In this document: piece after piece, positions 7,735 to 17,207 of the stretch
Layout of the letters: every line of letters begins with the position of its first letter
How positions within the stretch are numbered: position 1 is the first letter of the stretch
Virus record (IMG/VR): IMGVR_UViG_3300043252_000011
Location: 1-64,000 of that record
Reading direction: 5' to 3' (one strand)
DNA: 64,000 nucleotides
DNA from: a virus
Taxonomy: Duplodnaviria > Caudoviricetes
Notes under the pieces: generated by a model
Told to the model about the DNA's origin: nothing
Database searches by the model: none
The model's input: the letters and a program-made list of their open reading frames with translations, nothing else
Translations under genes and position numbers: made by a program

Positions 7735-9122
7735 TGCAGGATACGTACGAAGATTTTTTGGCCCGCAAATCGGCGCTTCCTGTTCATACGGGACTATCCC
7801 GTACTTTGGAGTTGTCGCCTAAACTGCGCCCTTTTCAGCGTGACATCGTCACTTGGGGTTTGCGGCAAGGCCGCGCTGCGGTATTTGCCGGGACCGGCCT
7901 CGGCAAGACATTTCAGCAACTATCCTGGGCGAAGGAAATTCAGCACGATACTTGGCGCCGGATACTCGTTCTGGCGCCGTTGGCAGTCGCGCAACAAACC
8001 GTACAAGAAGCCAAAAAATTCGATATTGATTCGGTCGAATACGCCCCCGATCGCGCGTCGATTAAATCTAACATCGTTGTGACGAACTATGATCGTATCG
8101 ACAATTTCGATCCTGCGGATTTTGCCGGCATCGTGCTCGATGAGTCCAGCATCATCAAAGCGCACGACAGCAAAACCAGAGCGAAATTGATTGAGTTCAC
8201 GCGAGACATTCCGTTCCGGTTGCCATGTACGGCAACACCTGCACCAAATGATTACGTTGAGCTTGGCAACCATGCGGAATTTCTAGGCGTATGCAGCGCC
8301 AAGGAAATGTTAGCAACGTGGTTTGTCCACAACAGCTCGATGAAAGCCGTAAGCGCCAAAAACCACGATAAGAAACCGGCTGCGGAGTGGCGTCTTAAGG
8401 GCCACGCGGAACAGGAATTTTGGGCTTGGCTTTCATCGTGGTCCGTAATGCTGCGGCACCCTAACGAACTAGGGTACGATGAGCCGGGATACGATCTTCC
8501 GCCGTTGCATAAGCATTTTATCACGGTCCCGTCAGATCTTCCCGCTGCGCACACGCTATCCGAACGTTTGCGAGCGCGGCGTGACAGCACAGTTGATCGC
8601 GTACGGACGGCGGCGACGCTGGTTAACATGCAACCAGATCGGCCGTGGCTGGTATGGTGCAACTCCAATCTGGAATCTGAAATGCTGACGGCTGCAATTG
8701 CCGGTGCAGTCGAGGTTAGAGGTAGCCACCCTGCCGAGCTTAAAGCGCAGCGCCTATTAGGCTTTGCAAACGGCACTGTGCGCGTGCTTGTCAGCAAACC
8801 ATCAATTGCCGGCTGGGGTATGAATTTCCAACGTTGTGCCGATATGGTTTTTGTTGGGCTCAACGATAGCTTTGAGCAACTATTCCAAGCAATCCGGCGT
8901 TGCTGGCGGTTCGGACAAACATCGGACGTACGCGCGTATTTCATCGCTTCGACTGCGGAGGGTGCCGTCGTCAGCAATCTTGCCGCCAAGGAAGCCGCTG
9001 CCGATCGCATGGCGGATGAAATGTCAAAGCACACCCGAACACTGATGACGCGAACGCTACATGGCATCCGTACGCTCACGCAACATAAAAACACTATGGA
9101 GGTTCCTTCATGGCTGCGGTGA
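7731..9122 (+). CDS. SNF2-like SF2 helicase
   Basis: GTGLGKT, LDESS, TATPAPND, GMNFQ, QAIRRCWRFGQ; ATGA overlap with the polymerase stop. Confidence 0.9.
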   Translation: MMQDTYEDFLARKSALPVHTGLSRTLELSPKLRPFQRDIVTWGLRQGRAAVFAGTGLGKTFQQLSWAKEIQHDTWRRILVLAPLAVAQQTVQEAKKFDIDSVEYAPDRASIKSNIVVTNYDRIDNFDPADFAGIVLDESSIIKAHDSKTRAKLIEFTRDIPFRLPCTATPAPNDYVELGNHAEFLGVCSAKEMLATWFVHNSSMKAVSAKNHDKKPAAEWRLKGHAEQEFWAWLSSWSVMLRHPNELGYDEPGYDLPPLHKHFITVPSDLPAAHTLSERLRARRDSTVDRVRTAATLVNMQPDRPWLVWCNSNLESEMLTAAIAGAVEVRGSHPAELKAQRLLGFANGTVRVLVSKPSIAGWGMNFQRCADMVFVGLNDSFEQLFQAIRRCWRFGQTSDVRAYFIASTAEGAVVSNLAAKEAAADRMADEMSKHTRTLMTRTLHGIRTLTQHKNTMEVPSWLR

Positions 9123-10093
9123 TCGATCAAGCGTCCGGTAAGGACTGGCATCTTTGGAACGGCGATTGTGTTGCCGTAGTACGCGCATTGCCAAATGAAT
9201 CCGTACACTACACTATTTATTCGCCGCCGTTTATTTCGCTGTACACGTTTTCCGACGACCCGCGCGACATGAGCAATTGCCGAGCGGATGCTGATTTCTG
9301 GCAACACTATAAATTTTTGATTGCCGAGGTCTATCGCGTTACCAAGCCCGGCCGGCTTGTATCAATCCATTGCATGAACTTGCCAACGTCCAAATTGCGG
9401 GATGGTTTCATCGGGCTGCGCGATTTTCGCGGCGACATCATCAAAGCGCACCAGGAGGTAGGTTTTTACTACCACTCCGAGGTCTGCATCCGAAAGGACC
9501 CGGTGTCGGCAATGCAGCGAACGAAAGCGATCGGTTTGCTGCATAAGCAAATTGTTAAGGACTCGAGCATGTCGCGCATGGCAATCCCCGATTACATCGT
9601 CACCATGCGCAAGCCCGGCGACAACCCGGAGCCGATTGCGGGACAATTCGACGCTTACTACGGTTCTGAAACTACAGTTAACGGCACGCTACCAAGTCGA
9701 GAATGGAGCGAAGAAGAAGAAAAGATGATACCGTGCATTGCGTCACCCGGCACGAAGCAGTACAGCATTGCAGTATGGCAGCGGTACGCAGAGCCGGTAT
9801 GGGACGACATTGCACAAGGCGACGTGCTATCTCGCAAAGAAGCGCGTGAGGAAACCGATGAAGCGCACATATCGCCGCTACAGCTCACGCCGATCCGGCG
9901 ATGCCTGGAGCTTTGGAGCAACCCCGGCGATACTGTGCTTTCACCTTTTGCTGGCATTGGCTCGGAATTGTACGTATCTCTGCAAATGGGACGTCGTGCG
10001 ATCGGCGCCGAATTAAAACCGTCGTATTGGCGCCAAGCTGTACAAAATTGCGAGCGCGGTGCAGCGCCGCTAAAAATGCCGTGGGAAGCATGA
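9110..10093 (+). CDS. N4-C/N6-A DNA methyltransferase (beta class)
   Basis: Catalytic SPPF near the N-terminus, SAM motif SPFAGIGS near the C-terminus. Confidence 0.9.
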   Translation: MAAVIDQASGKDWHLWNGDCVAVVRALPNESVHYTIYSPPFISLYTFSDDPRDMSNCRADADFWQHYKFLIAEVYRVTKPGRLVSIHCMNLPTSKLRDGFIGLRDFRGDIIKAHQEVGFYYHSEVCIRKDPVSAMQRTKAIGLLHKQIVKDSSMSRMAIPDYIVTMRKPGDNPEPIAGQFDAYYGSETTVNGTLPSREWSEEEEKMIPCIASPGTKQYSIAVWQRYAEPVWDDIAQGDVLSRKEAREETDEAHISPLQLTPIRRCLELWSNPGDTVLSPFAGIGSELYVSLQMGRRAIGAELKPSYWRQAVQNCERGAAPLKMPWEA

Positions 10094-10590
10094 CCGCACA
10101 AATCGGCCGTTTCACCATGCGCGACCTAAACCCATGGGAAGGGTCGCAGTTATTCGTACTGACAGGTAATCCCGACGTGACGCGCTATTTAGGCTTTCGT
10201 ACGCACAAATCCGTGGACGAAGCAACGCAACTCATAGAGCAATACCGCAACAGCCCGACAAAATGGCAAGCCGTGTGTTCTAACAATGAGATTTTAGGCG
10301 TAGTCGGCTTGGAGGTCGCGCGGCATCAAGTAACCATGTCGATTATGTTTCGGTCGGGTTGGAAAGCACGCGGTGCCGGCCGCGAGTTTTGCAGGCCGTT
10401 CGTACAGTGGATTTTTATACACCCGCAAATTTGGCGGTTATGGACATACGTCCACGTTGACAACATTCCAGGGCGACGCGTGACGGAGCGCATAGGTGCG
10501 CAGTGCGAAGGGCTGTTGCGGCGTTTTGAGTTTTTCCCGAATGTGAGTACAGAGCCGCAAGACTGCTATATTTATTCAATCGTTCGTTAA
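10090..10590 (+). CDS. GNAT acetyltransferase (RimJ/RimL-like)
   Basis: RGAGRE acetyl-CoA motif, VHVDNIPGRRVTERIG...EG; ATGA overlap. Confidence 0.82.
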   Translation: MTAQIGRFTMRDLNPWEGSQLFVLTGNPDVTRYLGFRTHKSVDEATQLIEQYRNSPTKWQAVCSNNEILGVVGLEVARHQVTMSIMFRSGWKARGAGREFCRPFVQWIFIHPQIWRLWTYVHVDNIPGRRVTERIGAQCEGLLRRFEFFPNVSTEPQDCYIYSIVR

Positions 10591-11231
10591 AACGGCAAAC
10601 TGCCAAGTCCGCTAAAGATGGACCCAAGGCCGCTACCTTTGGCGTTACCTTGCTTCGCTTGTGCTTGCGCCAGCGCCGTTACGTCCGCGTTTTCCGCATT
10701 GGTGGTGCTTACGTCCTGACCGAGTGATGTTTGCCCGACGCCGATCGCCTGGAACATATTGCCGAGCGCACTTTCGAGCTGGCCGAACTGTTGCTGATTG
10801 CCAGACAGATATTCGTTGTACGCATTGTTTGCATTCTGAGCGACGATGCCGTTGTTGATCGTGCCCAGCGCACGTTCGTTTGAGCCGGAAAGCAGACCAC
10901 CCTGCGCTGCTGCGCTGTTGTTCTGTGCTTCGTCCGCTTGCTGTAGCTGGTACTGCGCAGCCGGCGTGTTCGTGTAGCTCGACATGAATTGATTGTAGCC
11001 CTGCGTGTTGTTCGCAAAGGCTGACGCACCACCGATGGCATTTGAAGCAGTTGGCAGGAACGATTGACCAAAATTGATAAAGGGCTGTTGCATGCCCTGT
11101 ACGGCATTCGTGTTAGCCGTAACGGTGTTTTCGCCTTGCGTAATATCTTCGGAACCGATTTGAGCGCCAATAATTTGGCCGATGCCGCTGCCAAGGCCAC
11201 TGCCCATGCCGGTCGTTGGTGCCATCGACAT
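10587..11231 (-). CDS. DNA ejection/pilot-type internal virion protein (P22 gp7-like)
   Basis: Gly/Ala/Gln/Asn-rich; TPAAQYQLQQ...NSAAAQGGLLSG motif. Confidence 0.7.
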   Translation of the reverse strand: MSMAPTTGMGSGLGSGIGQIIGAQIGSEDITQGENTVTANTNAVQGMQQPFINFGQSFLPTASNAIGGASAFANNTQGYNQFMSSYTNTPAAQYQLQQADEAQNNSAAAQGGLLSGSNERALGTINNGIVAQNANNAYNEYLSGNQQQFGQLESALGNMFQAIGVGQTSLGQDVSTTNAENADVTALAQAQAKQGNAKGSGLGSIFSGLGSLPF

Positions 11232-11278
11232 TTCAGGTCCCTTGCATTTTGTATGACATTCGGGTAAGCATACCATCT

Positions 11279-11476
11279 ATGGCCGTGAACACCATAATGA
11301 TTTCGGGCAGGCTGCCCAAGGCCCTCGTAGAGCGCCTGGACTACGTAACCCGCAACATCGACAGTGACACGGTAAAGAACCGCTCTGCGGCGCTCCGTGA
11401 AGCGCTGGAGGCATGGCTGCCGGGGCGCGAAGATCGGTTAAGGGAGCTGGGTATCCTTGCCAAGAAAACCCGTTAA
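11279..11476 (+). CDS. ribbon-helix-helix (CopG/Arc-like) DNA-binding protein
   Basis: ISGRLPKALVERLD...NRSAALREAL. Confidence 0.8.
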   Translation: MAVNTIMISGRLPKALVERLDYVTRNIDSDTVKNRSAALREALEAWLPGREDRLRELGILAKKTR

Positions 11477-11831
11477 GAAGACGCCCAAGCCGAAGGGGCC
11501 TTCGGAAAACGAGATTCACGTAAAGGCGTGGGCTTGGGTCAGGCAGGCGCACCCGGCGCTGCTTATTTTTCATGTCGCCAACGAACGTAAAGCCCATGTC
11601 CAATATCACGTCAAAATGAAGCGCAAAGGCGTGCTTGCCGGCGTGGCTGACTTTCTCGCGTTTCCGGCCGATGGCCGTAAACTCGCGATCGAACTGAAAG
11701 ACGGCAAGGGCGCGCAAGATGCGGAGCAAGTCAAATTCCAACGGCGATGGGAGGCCGCCGGCGGTCTTTATTTTATCGCACGTACGGTTGAGGATTTCCA
11801 GTTTATTATTGGTATGATGCAATTTAGCTGA
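11457..11831 (+). CDS. VRR-NUC nuclease
   Basis: SENEI, FHVANE, GVLAGVADF, IELK, Q. Confidence 0.88.
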   Translation: MPRKPVKKTPKPKGPSENEIHVKAWAWVRQAHPALLIFHVANERKAHVQYHVKMKRKGVLAGVADFLAFPADGRKLAIELKDGKGAQDAEQVKFQRRWEAAGGLYFIARTVEDFQFIIGMMQFS

Positions 11832-11832
11832 T

Positions 11833-11885
11833 TTGACATCAATTTGTAGACGTGCTATTGTACGTACATCGTAAATGCTGGAGAG
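11833..11885 (+). promoter_or_regulatory. conserved phage promoter/leader cassette, copy A
   Basis: TTGACA-N17-TATTGT, palindrome TGTACGTACA, SD GCTGGAGAG. Confidence 0.85.
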
Positions 11886-11891
11886 TACGCC

Positions 11892-12056
11892 ATGCTTATA
11901 AAAGACTGGGTAGGTCAATTGTATTGCATAGAAATTGCCTATGTAGCGTTCCTCGGCGGTTTCGTTGTTTGGATTGATGACGATCCATATAATGAAGGCG
12001 AGCCGTTTAATTCGCGCCGCGACGCCATTGCCGCAATGCGGCACTTATTCCGGTAA
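11892..12056 (+). CDS. small hypothetical protein (54 aa)
   Basis: Manual translation after SD ggagag; TAATG overlap with next gene. Confidence 0.6.
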   Translation: MLIKDWVGQLYCIEIAYVAFLGGFVVWIDDDPYNEGEPFNSRRDAIAAMRHLFR

Positions 12057-12574
12057 TGTGGATGCGCTGGCACCTGAGTCACCGTGCGGACCCTCTCGCT
12101 GTACCTCTAGCGGATCGACATTATAATCGACAAAAAATAGGTTCCCCGCAATTCGCACCACCCGGCCGCTGCGTAGTTTTATTGTCAGACTGCATGCGAG
12201 CTTTCTGGATTACGTCATGGCCGTACGCACAATACGTTAAGCATCAATGGGCAGGTGCGTGGACGTGTAGCGCGTTTCGTTCTGAGGATGCAGGGATTGC
12301 TTCAGAATTAATAAAAGAAGCAGTTGCAGCAACTCGCGCTGTATACGGTGATGCTCCGCCGCTAGGTATGGTTACGTTCTTAGATACGAAGGAAGTGAAA
12401 CCCATAAAAGTACGTGGTATTCCAACATGGGGCCGTACATGGGAGTTAGCCGGTTTTAAACATGTAGGATGGACGAAAGGCGGTCTTATGGCATTTCAGT
12501 TGCTTCCGTCAGACATGCCCGCCCCGCATCCGGCTTTGCCTATGGACGCTTATCCATGGCGAGTACGTAATTAA
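12056..12574 (+). CDS. Mom-like GNAT-fold protein, possible DNA modification
   Basis: ADRHY..Q, CSAFRSE..ASELI, MVTFLD, GRTWELAGF..VG pattern. Confidence 0.5.
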   Translation: MWMRWHLSHRADPLAVPLADRHYNRQKIGSPQFAPPGRCVVLLSDCMRAFWITSWPYAQYVKHQWAGAWTCSAFRSEDAGIASELIKEAVAATRAVYGDAPPLGMVTFLDTKEVKPIKVRGIPTWGRTWELAGFKHVGWTKGGLMAFQLLPSDMPAPHPALPMDAYPWRVRN

Positions 12575-13014
12575 GCAAACGCAACCCACGCACCGGCAAT
12601 CTTGCCGTACAAATACGAACCGACGCCGCCCGTGTTGTTGATGTATAAATCATCGTTATTGCCGAGCCCGGCACCGGGAGCGCCGGAACCGTTTAAGATC
12701 TGGTTGCGCGCCGTCAGAGTTACGATACTAGCAGTGTTGGCTGCGATGTTGGCGGTATTCGTCGCGATACTATTGGTGTTGATCGTGATGTCGGCGGTAT
12801 TTGTCGCAATGTCGGCAGTGTTGGTCGCGACCTCCGCAGCGAGAGTGGCAACTTGGATAAACAGTGCCGGCAATCCTTGAACTTCGTCAGGATCGATTAG
12901 TCCTTGACTATTTAAGATAGATTGAATTTCGAGCAACCATCTATTTAGTTGCTGACCAAAAGCGCCGAACGATACGGGCAGTTGCGGCGGTGGTGGTAGT
13001 TTCAGCGCCATCAC
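12571..13014 (-). CDS. virion structural protein with heptad coiled coil (tail needle-like)
   Basis: NTADIAT heptad repeats; follows the gp10-like gene. Confidence 0.6.
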   Translation of the reverse strand: MMALKLPPPPQLPVSFGAFGQQLNRWLLEIQSILNSQGLIDPDEVQGLPALFIQVATLAAEVATNTADIATNTADITINTNSIATNTANIAANTASIVTLTARNQILNGSGAPGAGLGNNDDLYINNTGGVGSYLYGKIAGAWVAFA

Positions 13015-14489
13015 GTACCTGCCGATATTTGCGCAAATATTTCGTCAATTGTGAACGGCGCTTGTACACCGCTGTACTGCAGGCGGAATTGGCGCCGCCG
13101 TCCCGTACCAAAACTGCGACCAATTGCACGCCGGGTGCCGGGCTGCGGCATCGTGATTTGCCGAGCGCCACGCCACGTCACAGCTCTATCTTCGGACCAG
13201 TCCAGTTGAAAATTTCCGGCTGCCGGTCCCATGGACGATGTTACGTCGATTGAATCATAAGTTTGTCGTGTTTCCTGTCCGCTGGAACTAGCTTTTATTA
13301 AGTTGCCTGCACTTCCGCCAAGCCAAGGCGTTATTATCATGCGCTGCAAAGCACCAGCCGGTTCCGAATTGCTGTTTATGTTCACCGTACAGACTTGGCC
13401 GGTGTCGAGCCCCACATACGTAACGCCGCCAACATATTCCGTAGCGCAACGACCCGCATGATCTAGCCGTCCACCCGGCGACTGTCGGTAAGACCAGACG
13501 CCAGTCGAACCACACAGCTCCAAAGTCCACTGGCCGGGCAGCGTCAATACGTAGAAATCGCCGCCGCCCTGCCCGTACGCGTATGCCGTCAACGTCGCTA
13601 GTTGCGTAGTCGTGAGTTGTTGCAAGAGCAAATCAATCCATGCCGGCGATATTGGCTGACCAGTTTGCCCCGTACACATCCATATGCGGCGGTCGGTTCC
13701 CACGAACATGATTATATCGCGTAAAATTGCCAGAGATAGGCGTGCAGCTAGCCCCACGGAATAGAGTGAATTGGGGTACGCCGTGAATGCGAAATCCGTC
13801 TGTCCGCCGGGATTGTACCATTGTTCAAGCGAGCGGGAGCCAAGCGGCCACAACACAAGCCCCGACACTGCAAGATCTACGACGCGATCGGCGCGGGCTT
13901 CCTTCGTCGCAAAGCTGTTCGGTAGTACGTTAGCCGGGTCCAGCGGTTGTGAGCTGTACATTTTGGCGTCTTGATTAGCGTAGAAATTGGACGCGGCGGA
14001 CCATACCGTTATGTTATTTAATTCAGCAACGGCGGACGGATCGAAGTTAATACTGGCGTCAAAATCGGCGTTGACGACGCCAGCGGCCGGCGTTGCCGTG
14101 TAGCCTGTGCCGTATTCTGCCGGATTATTGGTATTCGCGTTAGACGCAATGGCGAGCGCCGTACGATCTTCGGCAAAACGCATAACCGGCTGCTGCGCAT
14201 TCACGGCGACAAAACCCGCCAACGTCGGCGCCCCGGTTTCCGCACCGTAGTATATCGAGCCGTCCGCGTGCCCGGTCCATACCGTTTCAAGCGCCTGCCC
14301 TATGGTAATGCAAGGTGCTGCTGTAGGCTGGCAAACCTGCGTAAGCCCTGGCGCACCGACAAGACGCGCTTTACCGGGCTTGCCTTCTTTTTGTTCGCGC
14401 GGGACGACGCGCACATTGACAAGTTTCCCCGCGCCTTGATCTAAGTTAAGAGGATCTTGGAACGAACCTAGTATGTCGATTGTACTCAT
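13011..14489 (-). CDS. packaged DNA stabilization / tail hub protein (P22 gp10-like)
   Basis: EARADRVV, LGSRSLEQWY, LDWSEDRAVTW, GTGRRRQFRL; 492 aa. Confidence 0.8.
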   Translation of the reverse strand: MSTIDILGSFQDPLNLDQGAGKLVNVRVVPREQKEGKPGKARLVGAPGLTQVCQPTAAPCITIGQALETVWTGHADGSIYYGAETGAPTLAGFVAVNAQQPVMRFAEDRTALAIASNANTNNPAEYGTGYTATPAAGVVNADFDASINFDPSAVAELNNITVWSAASNFYANQDAKMYSSQPLDPANVLPNSFATKEARADRVVDLAVSGLVLWPLGSRSLEQWYNPGGQTDFAFTAYPNSLYSVGLAARLSLAILRDIIMFVGTDRRIWMCTGQTGQPISPAWIDLLLQQLTTTQLATLTAYAYGQGGGDFYVLTLPGQWTLELCGSTGVWSYRQSPGGRLDHAGRCATEYVGGVTYVGLDTGQVCTVNINSNSEPAGALQRMIITPWLGGSAGNLIKASSSGQETRQTYDSIDVTSSMGPAAGNFQLDWSEDRAVTWRGARQITMPQPGTRRAIGRSFGTGRRRQFRLQYSGVQAPFTIDEIFAQISAGT

Positions 14490-15173
14490 CTATGCACGCA
14501 CGAAGCGTAACCACATTTGGCCTCTGGCGTAGTCACGCCAGCGCGCATTGACACGTTCGGCGTCCGCAACGATAGGGTCCGTTGGGCTTAGCACGCGACC
14601 GTACGAGCCCATGATGCGGCGGCCGAGCAACAGCGTAGCGTCGTGTATGCCTTCCGGCGGCAATGCAACCACGTCGCTGCCATCCGGTGCGGAAATCAAG
14701 GCCAGCCGGCCGCCGTATTCGATCAGCGCCTTTGCAGGGGCGCGCGGCGGCTGCCATGCAGTGATCAGCACCGAACCGTCCGCCTGTCGTTCCTGATGCC
14801 ATTTGGTTATAATGCCGGGGTACGTCGTGCGTACAACATCCGAAATAGGAACCATGCGGGTTTCGCGGTTCACTGTCAAAACTATATCGTTCATCCAAAT
14901 AGCGCGTACGGCTACTGCGTCAACTTGGACCAAATACAAGGGGCTGCCGCTGCCGACTACAAACGAATAAATTTGCAAAGGAATACCGGGGGGCAGTGTG
15001 ACCGCAAGGCGCTTGATGAGGTACTGACACGCGCCGTCTGCTTGTTCGTTGCGGAGCAAATCATTTAGGATGGCGACGTTGTTCACTATGTCCGTGGCTG
15101 TGGGTGATTCAGTTTGATCTACTATACCGAATAGGTGCAGTGCTTCCGTGATGATTTGGGCGGCGGTGGTCAT
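14490..15173 (-). CDS. head-tail adaptor (P22 gp4-like)
   Basis: MTTAAQIITEAL..FGI...E.P...LNDLL..EQADG N-terminus. Confidence 0.75.
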   Translation of the reverse strand: MTTAAQIITEALHLFGIVDQTESPTATDIVNNVAILNDLLRNEQADGACQYLIKRLAVTLPPGIPLQIYSFVVGSGSPLYLVQVDAVAVRAIWMNDIVLTVNRETRMVPISDVVRTTYPGIITKWHQERQADGSVLITAWQPPRAPAKALIEYGGRLALISAPDGSDVVALPPEGIHDATLLLGRRIMGSYGRVLSPTDPIVADAERVNARWRDYARGQMWLRFVRA

Positions 15174-15412
15174 CGTTTTTTAGCCTTGTGACGCTTGCGT
15201 TCAATTTTGGTTGCACTCTGATGTATTCGGCATCGTTTATGTAAAATCATCTTACCTTTGTGCTTACGCCACGAAAAGCGGTATTCGTGAGTAAGCCCAC
15301 AACCGCAACAAGTTATAAACCAGAACCGCGGAACGGTAGTCCACTGTGAAAAATGCCGAGACGAAATTTGTACGGATTTCCTCTTTTTGAGTTTTGCCCA
15401 GCGGAATGCCAT
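15170..15412 (-). CDS. hypothetical Cys/His-containing basic protein
   Basis: CCGCGLTH; overlaps next start. Confidence 0.55.
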   Translation of the reverse strand: MAFRWAKLKKRKSVQISSRHFSQWTTVPRFWFITCCGCGLTHEYRFSWRKHKGKMILHKRCRIHQSATKIERKRHKAKKR

Positions 15413-15413
15413 A

Positions 15414-16031
15414 TCAAACCTGCTTCACGGCAGCCCAAGGCGGCGACCATAGTTGATCGTTCGGCAAATCTGAGTCTGTCTGCGTCACACCCGCCAGCTC
15501 ACCCGCTTCATTTGGCGGTGTCACTGTACGCACGGAATTGCTCGGAATGAAAGTGCCATCGTAATCTTGCGGTACGATGGTTGTCAGGTTAAAGACTTTG
15601 CTCGGTAGCGGAGCGTTCGGCCCCATGAACGCCGCCGACTTTCCAAGGCTGGCGTAGTACGGAACCGACGTAAGCAGCTTGGCGAGCCGCGTTGCATCGT
15701 CCGGCGCGGCAACAGGTGCGGCAGCGAATACCGCCGTGGTGCCGCTCACGGGGCCGTTGCCCCATATGGCGTCGAGATTGTAACGGAGTGGCAGCGGTTC
15801 CGGTGGCGGTTCAATCGATTTATCGGGAAACGCTTGAAAGTCGTAAATTTCTGGCCAGGGATCAAAACACGGACGAGTAGAACGTCCGCTTGTTTTTGTA
15901 CACACAAGCAAGCCGGTCAGACGCTCGCGCTTCAGGGTGCTGTAAAGGACGCGGGCGTTGCAGCGTGAGCACGCGCCCCATACGGCATAGCTGGGGAACT
16001 TTGGGACGCCCGTGTGGTGCGGCGTTGACAT
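15414..16031 (-). CDS. conserved head-region protein with N-terminal Cys motif
   Basis: CSRC...GLLVC...CFDP; directly downstream of the capsid gene. Confidence 0.65.
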   Translation of the reverse strand: MSTPHHTGVPKFPSYAVWGACSRCNARVLYSTLKRERLTGLLVCTKTSGRSTRPCFDPWPEIYDFQAFPDKSIEPPPEPLPLRYNLDAIWGNGPVSGTTAVFAAAPVAAPDDATRLAKLLTSVPYYASLGKSAAFMGPNAPLPSKVFNLTTIVPQDYDGTFIPSNSVRTVTPPNEAGELAGVTQTDSDLPNDQLWSPPWAAVKQV

Positions 16032-16061
16032 GCCGGAACTGTATCACACCGGCTGCGATGT

Positions 16062-16094
16062 AAAAAGGCCCCCGGTTCGCCAAAACCGAGGGCT
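16062..16094 (-). terminator. terminator after major capsid gene
   Basis: GC-rich hairpin followed by TTTTT on the minus strand. Confidence 0.7.
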
Positions 16095-16125
16095 TAAGTT
16101 GGGAGGTTAACGCCTTACGCAACGC

Positions 16126-17058
16126 TTACGCATTATCTGCGCCAGGACTGACATAAACGGTTCTCCAGTCCACTATGGAAGCGGCACACCGGAACCAAAG
16201 CGCCATGAGCTTCGCTTGGTTGCTCCAGTTGCTATCCTCGCGCATTTCCAGCGCGGAACGCTCCCAAAAGGTGAAGCCCTGGCCGTTGTCCTTGTCCTGT
16301 TCGGACGTTTGGATGAAATAGTTGTCTTTGTCCACGAGGTACGGCGTTTCAACGACTTCCGGCAGCGCGCCAGTCGATCGCAGCACGTTGATGTTGTTCG
16401 TCTGCGCGTTCCACTGCAACGGCGAGCCGAGAATACGCCGGGTTTCCGGGCCGCTTTCCGGAGACAGGATGACGCGGCGCGGCAGCTCGTTGATGATAAA
16501 GCCGCGGCCGTTGCGTGTGTACGAAATCTGAATGACGGCGTTCTCAAACGCCAGTTCCGACACGTTGGCCGAAACGAGCAAATTGCTTTGCAAGCCGGAA
16601 GCGGTTGGATGGCTCGCGGAGCCCAGCGGCACGCCGTCAGCGCGGATGCCGTTCACGGCATCGACGGCGACCTGAAGTGGCGCATGGGCAATGTATTCTT
16701 CGGTTTGACGCGCGCTGAAAGCCAGCTCTTTCATCATGCGGGCGCCGACATCTTCGTACAGATTGTCGTCTTCGGCTTCGCGAGATACCGCGACAGCGAG
16801 GCCGTACGAAGCATGTGTGACCTGAGTGCGGTAGCCTTCGTTCGGTACGTCGAATTGCACGGGCTCCAGTTCCGGCTGCTGCACGGCGAGGCCAAGGCCG
16901 GCGCGCTCGGTCATGAATTCTTCAAATGCTTTTTCGGAGGGCTTCGTGTCGAAGAATTTTGTGTAGATCGGTTCGAGCCGTTCGTAGTCCAAACCGAAAA
17001 GGGCATAGAGCCCCGGCCAGTATTGACTTGGCTGCAAGGAGCGATCGATTACCTGCAC
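16126..17058 (-). CDS. major capsid protein
   Basis: WPGL..LFG.DY, SEKAFEE, YGLAVAVSREAEDDNLY, DGVPL.S.SHP; SD ggag, GTG start, own terminator. Confidence 0.88.
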   Translation of the reverse strand: MQVIDRSLQPSQYWPGLYALFGLDYERLEPIYTKFFDTKPSEKAFEEFMTERAGLGLAVQQPELEPVQFDVPNEGYRTQVTHASYGLAVAVSREAEDDNLYEDVGARMMKELAFSARQTEEYIAHAPLQVAVDAVNGIRADGVPLGSASHPTASGLQSNLLVSANVSELAFENAVIQISYTRNGRGFIINELPRRVILSPESGPETRRILGSPLQWNAQTNNINVLRSTGALPEVVETPYLVDKDNYFIQTSEQDKDNGQGFTFWERSALEMREDSNWSNQAKLMALWFRCAASIVDWRTVYVSPGADNA

Positions 17059-17207
17059 GTTTTATCTCCGTACGTTGCAGCCTCGCGAGGCCAAAGGACG
17101 CCAAAACCCTATAGCGGGTAAGGGAACTTAGCACCCAATGCGGCCGGGCGCAATATGTGGTATAGAGGCTCTTGATTTGTCATACCGACTGTCATACAAG
17201 GGGCCGC

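Noticed and set aside
8252-9307. Long antisense ORFs (also 5874-6668, 16216-17121, 39718-41352, 58827-59840)
   Set aside because: Opposite well-supported genes in GC-rich DNA, with no motifs or RBS
10090-11476. GNAT plus RHH as a toxin-antitoxin pair
   Set aside because: The genes are separated by an opposite-strand structural gene, are in the wrong order, and the GNAT is RimJ/L-like rather than AtaT/TacT-like
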